Notes under the pieces: generated by a model
What the model was told of the DNA's origin: nothing
Database searches by the model: none
The model's input: the letters and a program-made list of their open reading frames with translations, nothing else
DNA from: Acidobacteriota bacterium
GTDB lineage: Bacteria; Acidobacteriota; UBA6911; JACQSX01
Length of the DNA stretch: 64,000 nt
Reading direction: 5' to 3'
NCBI GenBank assembly: GCA_016211105.1
Contig: JACQSX010000010.1
Location: forward strand, 212,913 to 276,912
Translations under genes and position numbers: made by a program
Shown: positions 40,246 through 49,005 of the stretch, piece by piece
Numbering within the stretch: position 1 is the first letter of the stretch
Layout of the letters: every line of letters starts with the position of its first letter

Positions 40246-40499
40246 CCGCGTATCCCCCAGAGGTCCACTGTCAGTGACACAGTTGGCAACACAACCACTG
40301 TTGACTTGGAGGCTCTGGTCCAGGCGGTTGGAATTGCGAATGGCGCAAGCAATCCAAGAGGGCGCGCGTTCGAGTCCCTCAGGCGGGACGAGATCTTCAA
40401 AATCCTGCGTAAGCCTTTTGGAAATTTCCACCTGCAAGCCACGCCGCAGTCAAATGTGTTAGCCTATCCGTCACGGGGGAATAATGAAACAGCAGCTTT

Positions 40500-40778
40500 G
40501 TGTCGAACTCATCGCTGATTCCGAACAAGGAGGTTTTACTGCGCGCAATCGGGGAAAAAGGCCAGGTCGTGGTTCCGAAAGACATTCGCGATCATCTGCA
40601 TTTAAAGCCCGGGAGCACCGTTGTGTTTGAGGTGCGTGGGGACGGGGTGATCCTGAGGCCGGAAAAAACCGGCAAAGAGTTTGTCGATCAGTTCTGCACC
40701 ACCCGGCGCAAGCTGCGCAAGCCGGTCAGCATAAAGCAGATCAAGAAGACGATTGAAGAGCAGCATGGTGTACGTTGA
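40500..40778 (+). CDS. vapB: AbrB/SpoVT-family antitoxin (VapB-like)
   Basis: GQVVVPKDIRDHLHLKPGSTVVFEVRGDGVILRP. Confidence 0.65.
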   Translation: MSNSSLIPNKEVLLRAIGEKGQVVVPKDIRDHLHLKPGSTVVFEVRGDGVILRPEKTGKEFVDQFCTTRRKLRKPVSIKQIKKTIEEQHGVR

Positions 40779-41175
40779 CTCTAACATCTTCATCTTCGCT
40801 CTTCTGGCCGACGACAAGAACTCCGAACGCTGCAAATCGATCTTGACTCGAATCGCAAACGGCGAGCTAACGGCTTTTACCTCGACACTGACCTGGGACG
40901 AGATCGTTTGGTGCGCCCAAAGGTATTTGGGTCTAGACGACGCGCTGCAGGCGGGCAAGAGGTTTCTCGATTTTCCTTTTCTAAGTGTTCTTGACGCCAC
41001 TGAGCCGGTCCTGCGCCGGGCACAGGACGTGATGGAGCAGTACGGCCTCAAGCCGAGAGATGCCATCCACGTTGCGACGGCTCTCGCCAGAGGAATCGGA
41101 GAGATCCTCAGTGAAGATAACGATCTCGACATCGTAAAAGAGCTGAAACGAACCAGCCTGCGGCGTTACTCTTAA
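40768..41175 (+). CDS. vapC: VapC PIN-domain toxin
   Basis: MVYVDSNIFIFALL...; overlaps vapB. Confidence 0.75.
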   Translation: MYVDSNIFIFALLADDKNSERCKSILTRIANGELTAFTSTLTWDEIVWCAQRYLGLDDALQAGKRFLDFPFLSVLDATEPVLRRAQDVMEQYGLKPRDAIHVATALARGIGEILSEDNDLDIVKELKRTSLRRYS

Positions 41176-41248
41176 ACTTCGGACATGGGGCTCAATTTGC
41201 CCGGGAGCTGTCCAGAAGTCCGAAAGCTGACCCAGCGGCAGGCGCCAA

Positions 41249-41458
41249 TTGTCGATACATCCCGAAACCTTGCATGAGGTGGAGGCGATCGACGAGTTGG
41301 TCTTCGACTATGCTGCCATCGAGTTCGCCGAGGTCAGAAAAAAGGTGGACACCCAAGAGTTGCGCCAACCCGTTCCACCGCGGCAGTACTTCCCCGTGAT
41401 TGACCCGCCCGCTTTCATGCTCCGCTCGGAACCAAATTGGATTCGGGTCCGGGTGTGA
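41249..41458 (+). CDS. third fragment of the cas6-like paralogue family (C-terminal piece)
   Basis: VEAIDELVFDYAAIEFAEVRKKVDTQELRQPVPPRQYFPVIDPPA matches VEAVEELVFDYAPDEFAVVRQQVDARQLREPVPPRQYFPVIDPPA at about 37640. Confidence 0.35.
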   Translation: MSIHPETLHEVEAIDELVFDYAAIEFAEVRKKVDTQELRQPVPPRQYFPVIDPPAFMLRSEPNWIRVRV

Positions 41459-41491
41459 CATAAACTAGGCTGTGCCACACAGGGTGACCGC

Positions 41492-41596
41492 GTGAAAGTT
41501 CGGGAGGTGATTCGGATGTTGGAAGCAGAGGGTTGGCGCTTGGTGGTGACTGAAGTCATAGGTAGTTCAAACATCCAAAGCGGCCAGGGCGCGTGA
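41492..41596 (+). CDS. hicA: short hicA-like ORF (GTG start, 34 aa), probably degenerate
   Basis: VKVREVIRMLEAEGWRLV... has the HicA N-terminal motif but is only about half the usual length. Confidence 0.3.
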   Translation: MKVREVIRMLEAEGWRLVVTEVIGSSNIQSGQGA

Positions 41597-41681
41597 CTGT
41601 CAGCGGTCGTCTCGGCGACGATATGCCCCAAGGGACGCTTGCCTCGGTAAAGCGCCAGGCGGGCTGGAAGCGAGGGAAGTT

Positions 41682-41945
41682 ATGAGAAAGCTTCAATATT
41701 TGGTTCGCATTAATAAGGATCCGGATAGCGACTGGGGCGCCTCGGTTCCGGATCTCCCCGGGTGCGTTGCAACCGGAAAGACTATCGACGACGCCCTTCA
41801 AAGAATCCAGAAGGCGATCACGTTGCACCTTCAAGGGATGCGGCAGGATGGGATGAAGCCACCGCGCCCGCGCCTTCGTGCGGTTACTCCACGCAGAACC
41901 TCGCGGCGCGTCGATTTCTATGCCACTGTCGAAGTGGCAGCCTGA
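41682..41945 (+). CDS. hicB: HicB-family antitoxin (UPF0150)
   Basis: MRKLQYLVRINKDPDSDWGASVPDLPGCVATGKTIDDALQRIQKAITLHLQGMRQDG. Confidence 0.65.
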   Translation: MRKLQYLVRINKDPDSDWGASVPDLPGCVATGKTIDDALQRIQKAITLHLQGMRQDGMKPPRPRLRAVTPRRTSRRVDFYATVEVAA

Positions 41946-42189
41946 CCAAGCCCCACACCCGCGTGCGGAAATTCCCGCCTTGGATTTCAAAACTCCGGGG
42001 CTGAATGGTTGGACCCAGCTAGCTACCCGAACGCGGCGGTGAAGGATCCCGATGCCGATCCCGGCTGTCCTTTTGGGTTGTCGATCGGGCAAGCGCTAGT
42101 TGTAAGTGGCGGCCTCACTGACGACAGAGTTGCCGAGCAAATGGCAAGCCGCTGACTGTGTGACTACAATCTCGGAAAACGGCGCCACG

Positions 42190-42384
42190 ATGAAATACGT
42201 AGGCATCCGACAACTAAAGGCCGAGCTTACGCGCTACCTGCGGGCAGTGGAGGCTGGAGAGACACTCACTGTGGCGACCTGGAAACATCCCATAGCGCAG
42301 GTCGTTTCCATCAAAAAGAGAGGAGACGTCGAAGAGATCCGTGATGCTTTAGCGGAACAGGGCCTCCTTGCCGGACTTGCGTGA
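42190..42384 (+). CDS. Phd/YefM-family antitoxin, orphan copy
   Basis: MKYVGIRQLKAELTRYLRAVEAGETLTV is near-identical to the 43360 gene, which has a PIN partner. Confidence 0.5.
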   Translation: MKYVGIRQLKAELTRYLRAVEAGETLTVATWKHPIAQVVSIKKRGDVEEIRDALAEQGLLAGLA

Positions 42385-42584
42385 ACCGTCGTCTGTGGCG
42401 CGCCCTCAAAAGATCTCCAACGTAGGCACGATGGAGGGAAAGGTCCAGCACTAGTCTCGCGGCAGGATCCAACAGCTACCGCCCTGCTCTAAGATAAGAT
42501 GAAGAGATAAGATGAAGAGGTTGACAGCCCAAATGCCTATCGAATAAGCTATCGTTATACGCTTACATCATCGATAGGCAACTT

Positions 42585-42791
42585 ATGAGTACGCTGACCC
42601 TGTCCCCCAAGTTTCAAGTGGTCATCCCGAAAGCCATCCGGGAGAAGCTCGGCCTCTCTCCAGGACAGAAGATTCAAGCTATTCTCTACGGCAACCGCAT
42701 TGAATTGATTCCGCTGCGCCCCATAACGGAAATGCGCGGGTTCCTGAAAGGGATTGACACCACCGTCAAACGCGAGGTCGACCGTGTATGA
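42585..42791 (+). CDS. vapB: AbrB/SpoVT-family antitoxin (VapB)
   Basis: FQVVIPKAIREKLGLSPGQKIQAILYGNRIELIP. Confidence 0.65.
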   Translation: MSTLTLSPKFQVVIPKAIREKLGLSPGQKIQAILYGNRIELIPLRPITEMRGFLKGIDTTVKREVDRV

Positions 42792-43165
42792 ACGTGGTCG
42801 ACTCCAGCGGGTGGTTGGAATATTTTGCCAACGGTCCTAATGCTTCCTTCTTTGCGCCGGGCGTTGAAGGTATCGATGAACTCATCGTCCCGACGATCAC
42901 GATCTTTGAGGTGTTCAAACGGATTTTGCAGCAGCGGAGCGAGAACGAGGCGCTACAGGCTGCCGCGGCCATGCAGCAGGGGATGGTCGCAGACCTGGAC
43001 TCCCGAATCGCCGTAGCTGCGGCCCGAATTAGCCTCGATCACAAGCTCCCGATGGCAGACAGCATCGTTCTGGCGTCGGCCCGGGCCTATGGAGCTGTGC
43101 TGTGGACGCAGGACGTTGATTTTAAAGGTTTGCCGGGAGTGCGATACCGGATGAAGCGAGAGTGA
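42788..43165 (+). CDS. vapC: VapC PIN-domain toxin
   Basis: MNVVDSSGWLEYF...; 4-bp overlap with vapB. Confidence 0.75.
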   Translation: MNVVDSSGWLEYFANGPNASFFAPGVEGIDELIVPTITIFEVFKRILQQRSENEALQAAAAMQQGMVADLDSRIAVAAARISLDHKLPMADSIVLASARAYGAVLWTQDVDFKGLPGVRYRMKRE

Positions 43166-43359
43166 GCTCCGGCAAGAAAGAATCAAGCCGGCGCCGGAGG
43201 CCTCTGATTTTGCCTAGTCTTTAAGACCATGCTTGGTGGGAGCATTTGGAGGAATCCTTCTTTCCTTAAAGGGTGAACCAGACTTGGGCGGCGCTCTACG
43301 CGGCTTGAAACCGACCGAGCCTTGACTTTGTGACCACAATATTTAAAAATGAAACCACG

Positions 43360-43641
43360 ATGAAATACGTGGGCGTCCGACAACTGAAGGCCGAGCTTAC
43401 GCGCTATCTGCGGGCAGTGGAGGCTGGAGAGACACTCACCGTGACGACCCGGAAACGCCCCATAGCGCAGGTCGTTCCCATCAAGAAGAGGGGAGACGTC
43501 GAAGAGATCCTTGATGCTTTAGCGCAAGAGGGTCTGCTTCGCCGGGCTCGGCGCAAGCCATCGCCCGTGGCGCGCCCTCTCAAAACCTCCAAGGTGCGAA
43601 TCGGCGAGGCGGTTCTGGAGGACCGCCGTGCGTTACTTTGA
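43360..43641 (+). CDS. Phd/YefM-family antitoxin
   Basis: MKYVGVRQLKAELTRYLRAVEAGETLTVTTRKRPIAQVVP. Confidence 0.6.
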   Translation: MKYVGVRQLKAELTRYLRAVEAGETLTVTTRKRPIAQVVPIKKRGDVEEILDALAQEGLLRRARRKPSPVARPLKTSKVRIGEAVLEDRRALL

Positions 43642-44068
43642 CACCAGCGCGTTGGTAAAGCAGTATTTTGTCGAGCCCGGCTCCATGGCCGTCAGAGAGC
43701 TTCTCAAGAGTGGGGAAAGAGTGTTTACGGCCGTATTGACTTATGCAGAAACGCACGCAGCCTTTGCACGGCGGAAACGCGAAGGGATACTTTCTCCGAC
43801 TGCCACTCGGAGACTTGCGCTTCGCTTTGACAAGGACTGGGAGTCGTACGAGGTTGTCTTATTGAACAGGGAACTTCTCTCTCTGGCGCGTCAAATTCTT
43901 TACCGTCACACCCTGCGATCCGCCGATGCCATCCAACTCGCCTCAGCGCTCCTTCTTGCCAGAAGAGCTCCTCAACCCCAATGGGTATTTGTCTGTGCCG
44001 ATCAAAGACTGTGCGCTGCGGCATCCGTCGAGGGCCTTCAGCCTGTCGATGTGACGTTGACTCACTGA
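43628..44068 (+). CDS. vapC: VapC PIN-domain toxin
   Basis: MRYFDTSALVKQYFVEPGS... is a PIN N-terminus; overlaps the antitoxin. Confidence 0.75.
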   Translation: MRYFDTSALVKQYFVEPGSMAVRELLKSGERVFTAVLTYAETHAAFARRKREGILSPTATRRLALRFDKDWESYEVVLLNRELLSLARQILYRHTLRSADAIQLASALLLARRAPQPQWVFVCADQRLCAAASVEGLQPVDVTLTH

Positions 44069-44159
44069 AAGAGTTACTGTAGGGGTTCGGCGTCGATAAG
44101 GGCGGGTCTGAAGAGGCCGTTCTGATCTCACTTTTCGGGATCAAGCCACCTTGAAGTGA

Positions 44160-44480
<321 letters not shown>

Positions 44481-44597
44481 CTTGTGCGCGCCGAAAGTCA
44501 CAGCACGAAGAGGCGCTGGCGGCGACGGATCGAACCGCGCGGATGATAGCAGGATCAAGTAAAATGTTATCGAAAAACCTTTCGCTCACAGGCGCCT

Positions 44598-44804
44598 CTA
44601 CAGGTCAGTTTGTTGCTGGCCGATTTGAGGAACCGACAAGGTGCGGAAAATTTTTCTGGTAAGGAGATTCGGGATTTCTGTGTGCCGCGGTATGGCCTCG
44701 ACTGCGCCCGTTGCTGGATTGCACGAGAGGGAGTGAGATTGTCCCTCCCGCTTCAAGTAACACCCGTGCTTTCGCAGGTGTAACAACAGGGAAGAGCGTT
44801 TCAC
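44598..44804 (-). CDS. hicA: HicA toxin
   Basis: KRSSLLLHLRKHGCYLKREGQSHSLSCNPATGAVEAIPRHTEI. Confidence 0.65.
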   Translation of the reverse strand: MKRSSLLLHLRKHGCYLKREGQSHSLSCNPATGAVEAIPRHTEIPNLLTRKIFRTLSVPQIGQQQTDL

Positions 44805-45010
44805 TTCACGGTGACTGTCCCAAGTTCAGCCTCGGGAGGTACACCGCGCAGTCCCTGCTCTTTTCGATCTTCCAAAATCAGGGCAATGGCCGCGCCCAGG
44901 CTTTCCCGCGCTTCCTCCTTCGTCTTTCCCTGACCATTGGCTCCCGGGATTTCAGGGCAATATGCGATGTACCATTCCCCATCACGCTCGAAAACTGCCG
45001 TGAACTCCAT
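44801..45010 (-). CDS. hicB: HicB antitoxin (UPF0150)
   Basis: MEFTAVFERDGEWYIAYCPEIPGANGQGKTKEEARESL. Confidence 0.65.
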   Translation of the reverse strand: MEFTAVFERDGEWYIAYCPEIPGANGQGKTKEEARESLGAAIALILEDRKEQGLRGVPPEAELGTVTVK

Positions 45011-45153
45011 ACTCGCCCTCCTAACCTTTCCGAAAAGGACGAAACGTTCGTCCTGGCGCTTGATTCTGAATTGTATTCCATAACCCGCGTGATGTCTAAT
45101 GAACCGCGGTTTGCACGGTTTGCAGAATCTGCAAAGCGGCTTAAACGATTCTC

Positions 45154-46926
45154 ATGAGCGCGCCAAAACCCTTAGCACAATCCAGACAGTCCCCGCTGCC
45201 CGACTATTTACCGGCGCGGATGGTGAATGAGTTTGTCTACTGCCCGCGGCTTTTTTTCTACGAATGGGTGGAAGGCGTTTTCAGAGAAAGCGCCGACACA
45301 GTGGAGGGGAAGGTCCAACATAAGCGCGTTGACGAGGGACCTACGCACCTTCCGATGGCCCAGGCAATGCCAGAGGAAAAAATCCACTCCCGCTCTGTCA
45401 CGCTTTCCAGCGACCGTTGCCGGGTCATCGCGCGCATTGATCTGGTGGAGGTCTCCGGGGGACTGGTTACACCGGTGGATTACAAACATGGCCAACCTCG
45501 GGAAACGGACCAGGGCATAGAACTTTGGCCCGCGGATCGTGTCCAGCTTGCCGTTCAGGGGCTGATCCTTCGGGAAAACGGTTACGCTTGCGGTGAGGGT
45601 GTGGTTTATTACGCAAAGACCAAGCAGCGCGTCCGCGTGCCGTTTGATGAAGACTTGATGTCGGAAACGATTCGGACCATCGAAGAGGCGCGGGCATTGG
45701 CAGCCAGTGGGTGTATACCTCCGCCTCTTGTGGATTCACCGAAGTGCCCCGGTTGCTCGCTGGTTGGGATTTGCCTCCCGGATGAAACGAATGCACTGCT
45801 GGGCCGAACGTTGGAGAGCGTTGTTCAGCTTCCCTTGTTTGGAGCGGAAGAACAAACACCTTCCAAGAAGCCAATGGCTGATGTGCGGCGGTTGCTGGCG
45901 CCTAGAGACGATCTGCGGCCGCTTTACCTGAACAGCCAAGGCCTGCGCGTAGGCAAGTCGGGCGAAGTCCTGCAGATGCGCGACAGGGACAAGCTCATTC
46001 AGGAAGTCCGAATTGGTGAGATTTGCCAACTGAACCTCCTCGGCAACATCCAACTCTCCACGCAAGCCATTCAGGCATTGTGTGAAGGTGAAATTCCAAT
46101 TTGCTACTTTTCGCAGGGAGGATGGTTTTACGGCATCACCACTGGGATGAACACGAAAAACGTTTTCCTGAGGCGGTCGCAGTTTCGGCTCGCCGATCAA
46201 GAATGGTTCACCCTGTCCCTGTCGCGACGGCTCGTCGCCGGCAAAATTCGGAATCAACGGACCATGCTCCAAAGAAATCATCTGGAGCCAAAGCCCGAGA
46301 CCTTGCAGGAACTGAAGCGAATGGCGCAGCGGGCGGAGCAGGCGGAGAATTTAGAGGAGCTACTTGGGCTCGAAGGAAATGCAGCTCGATTGTACTTCGG
46401 GGAATTTGCAGGCATGATCAAAGTGGCCGAGGAAGAGGGAATTTCACGGCAGTTCCAGTTCGATTTTGCATCACGTAACCGGCGACCGCCGCGCGACGCG
46501 GTGAATGCTCTGCTTTCGCTTGCTTACAGCTTACTGGTGAAGGACTTCACACTTGCTTGTTATGCCGTTGGATTTGATCCCTTGTTGGGCTACTATCATC
46601 AACCGCGTTTTGGGCGTCCCGCTCTTGCGCTGGACTTGATGGAGCCCTTCCGGCCACTGATTGCGGATTCGGCAGTGTTGAGCGCAATTAATACGCGGAT
46701 GGTGACACCGGGCGATTTCATACAAACGGGGCCGGCTGTAGCGCTCACTGCCGGTGGCAGGAAGGGGTTTTTTCGGGCCTACGAGCTGCGCATGGACACG
46801 ATGGTGACACACCCGGTTTTTGACTATAGAGTTACTTACCGGCGGTTGTTAGAGATTCAGGCGCGGCTGCTGGCGCGAGTTCTGGAGGGGGAAACGGGGG
46901 AGTACCCGGTTTTTGTCACGCGTTGA
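45154..46926 (+). CDS. cas4-cas1: Cas4-Cas1 fusion
   Basis: N-terminal RecB-like Cas4 (YCPRLFFYEW, C-terminal Cys cluster CPGCSLVGIC) followed by a Cas1 core (LRVGKSGEVLQMRDRDKLIQEVRIGEICQLNLLGNIQLSTQAIQAL). Confidence 0.85.
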   Translation: MSAPKPLAQSRQSPLPDYLPARMVNEFVYCPRLFFYEWVEGVFRESADTVEGKVQHKRVDEGPTHLPMAQAMPEEKIHSRSVTLSSDRCRVIARIDLVEVSGGLVTPVDYKHGQPRETDQGIELWPADRVQLAVQGLILRENGYACGEGVVYYAKTKQRVRVPFDEDLMSETIRTIEEARALAASGCIPPPLVDSPKCPGCSLVGICLPDETNALLGRTLESVVQLPLFGAEEQTPSKKPMADVRRLLAPRDDLRPLYLNSQGLRVGKSGEVLQMRDRDKLIQEVRIGEICQLNLLGNIQLSTQAIQALCEGEIPICYFSQGGWFYGITTGMNTKNVFLRRSQFRLADQEWFTLSLSRRLVAGKIRNQRTMLQRNHLEPKPETLQELKRMAQRAEQAENLEELLGLEGNAARLYFGEFAGMIKVAEEEGISRQFQFDFASRNRRPPRDAVNALLSLAYSLLVKDFTLACYAVGFDPLLGYYHQPRFGRPALALDLMEPFRPLIADSAVLSAINTRMVTPGDFIQTGPAVALTAGGRKGFFRAYELRMDTMVTHPVFDYRVTYRRLLEIQARLLARVLEGETGEYPVFVTR

Positions 46927-47123
46927 TGAATCGAAGTTTCAGTCGCGAGAGGTCAAGTGATGAGAGATGCCCTGGGGACCGCTCGTGTTCATCTAAGGTG
47001 TTTGGTTTGAGAAAGATTTCTTGTTTCTCGACGAGCCGGCGGCGGGGAGAAAGGAGGCTGGCGACAATCGCTCGCAAGTGGCTTGGTAGATCTTTGACAA
47101 CTAAAAGGGTTAGGATGCGGGCT

Positions 47124-47449
47124 CATTCCGCGATCAATTGATCGCGGCCCCATTGAAGCGCACGATACGCGCGCGCGGTATCCCAGGCACCGCACATTCC
47201 GCGATCAATTGATCGCGGCCCCATTGAAGCGACTGGACTACGTTGGCATGGCAGTCGGGAAGTCGATGCATTCCGCGATCAATTGATCGCGGCCCCATTG
47301 AAGCCCTCCGCTCCATTGGGCCACGTCAAGCGCCGCTTGGTCATTCCGCGATCAATTGATCGCGGCCCCATTGAAGCATCCATTCATTTGCCCATTGGAG
47401 CCAGGAGCCAGATCATTCCGCGATCAATTGATCGCGGCCCCATTGAAGC
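47124..47449 (+). CRISPR. CRISPR array: 5 repeats of 36 bp, 4 spacers of 35-38 bp
   Basis: Repeat CATTCCGCGATCAATTGATCGCGGCCCCATTGAAGC, read directly at 47124, 47195, 47269, 47342 and 47414. It has an internal 20-bp palindrome and an ATTGAAGC 3' handle. The leader abuts cas1. Confidence 0.9.
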
Positions 47450-47709
47450 CCCATGATAACTCCCATTCATGTTGACACTTGGCGCGTCGGCGGCTTCTTT
47501 GACAAGCCATTTCCCGGGAGGACCGCCTCCTTGTGGCATAGGAGGTAAAACCGGGGGGCTGTTTGTCGACGGCGTCATGGTCGAAATTGAACGAGGCCGT
47601 CTGAGAAAATACCGTGCCCAGGGTTACCAGCATCAATGCCGACATGAGCTGATATTGTCTTAAGTTCATAAGACACTTCCTCTCTTCCAATGCATTTCTC
47701 AAAGTGCCC

Positions 47710-48990
47710 TCAGCGAGCCGCGGTGGCCTGCTTGGCAATAACACGAATCCCAGCGCGTAACTCATCCGTGCCCCGGACTGCCACCTGATCGCCTGGCTGA
47801 AGATTTCCAAAAACTTCAATTAAATCTCCCATGGACATACCGCGCACAACATCAATCCACTCTGTCATGCCGCGGCGAATACGAACCACAAACACGCGCT
47901 CGGTCGTTGTTGCCACCGCCGATGGCGGAACGAACAGCGAGGGGCGGGATCGTCGTACCGGCAGGGTAACCTCGGGAAACATGCCCGGCGCCAGCCGTCC
48001 GGAACGATTGTCCACATCCAGTTCCACCGGCATCGTCCGGGTCCTGGGTTCCAATGCGTGTTCGATACGCTCGACTACGCCCGCAAATATTTCTCCTGGA
48101 AATGCCAGGACGGTAAAGTTGAGTTTGGCGCCTTGCTTGACGCCGGCGATAGCTATCTCCGGCACTGGAATGGTGAGTCGCAGCTTAGAGACCTGCTGAA
48201 TTCGCAACATGGCGGGCGATGCGGGCCCGCTCGATGGGCCTACCAGGCTGCCTGTATGGACGTTTCTCTCGGTGATGACGCCGTCAAATGGCGCCGCGAT
48301 GTGGAGATACGACTCGATTTCACGGGCTGAGCGCGCGGTTTCAGTCGCAGCCTTTTCATCTTCTTCCAGCGACCGGACCTGGGCCTGAGCGGCCTTCTCA
48401 TTTTCCTCCGTGACACGAACGCGAGCCTGATTCGCTTCAACCGTCTTTTGAGCTACTTCCAGGTCATTGCCCGCAACGACTCCGGGCGTTGCCGCCGCCG
48501 CCTTCAGCCGCCGATAAGTAGCATCATCCGACGCAAGTTTGGCTTCCGCCTCCAGCGTCTGTTGCCGAGCGCTCAGCACCCGGGCTTGGGCCTCCAGCAG
48601 ACGGGCGTGGCTGACCTGCACCTTGGCGTCTGCCGAACTGCGCTGAGCTTCCACCTCTGGGGCTCTCATTCGAACCAGCGGTTGACCGCGCTTGACCCAT
48701 GATCCACGGTCGACGCCTATCCACTCCACAAAACCCTGGATTTTTGGATAAAGCGCCACATCCTGGAAAGCCTGAAGCTCGCCCGGCAACCGGATGGGCC
48801 GATTCAGCTCCTGCGATACTACGGTGGTGACAGGGACCGTGGTGGCTTGTCCCGGTCCCGTCTTAGCGGCGGCGGGCCGGCTGTCTGATCTCGGCGCCTT
48901 CTGCACTCCGCTCGTCATGATGCTCCAGAACAGGCTCACAACGGCTACGGCGACGATACCTGTTTTGACCATGATTTGCTTAGGAGTCAT
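47710..48990 (-). CDS. efflux RND transporter periplasmic adaptor subunit (MFP/HlyD family)
   Basis: N-terminal TM anchor; coiled-coil region rich in AQ/EE repeats; membrane-proximal beta domains. Confidence 0.8.
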   Translation of the reverse strand: MTPKQIMVKTGIVAVAVVSLFWSIMTSGVQKAPRSDSRPAAAKTGPGQATTVPVTTVVSQELNRPIRLPGELQAFQDVALYPKIQGFVEWIGVDRGSWVKRGQPLVRMRAPEVEAQRSSADAKVQVSHARLLEAQARVLSARQQTLEAEAKLASDDATYRRLKAAAATPGVVAGNDLEVAQKTVEANQARVRVTEENEKAAQAQVRSLEEDEKAATETARSAREIESYLHIAAPFDGVITERNVHTGSLVGPSSGPASPAMLRIQQVSKLRLTIPVPEIAIAGVKQGAKLNFTVLAFPGEIFAGVVERIEHALEPRTRTMPVELDVDNRSGRLAPGMFPEVTLPVRRSRPSLFVPPSAVATTTERVFVVRIRRGMTEWIDVVRGMSMGDLIEVFGNLQPGDQVAVRGTDELRAGIRVIAKQATAAR

Positions 48991-49005
48991 TTGTGTGTCT
49001 CCGTT

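Larger units (their letters stand above)
41410..41945 (+). repeat. copy B of the duplicated hicA-hicB segment
   Basis: See copy A; this copy carries a full-length hicB. Confidence 0.6.

Noticed and set aside
46989-47578. Minus-strand ORFs 46989..47195, 47134..47316 and 47384..47578, which contain MGPRSIDRGM repeated
   Set aside because: They are translations of the CRISPR repeat units in the reverse frame, not genes.
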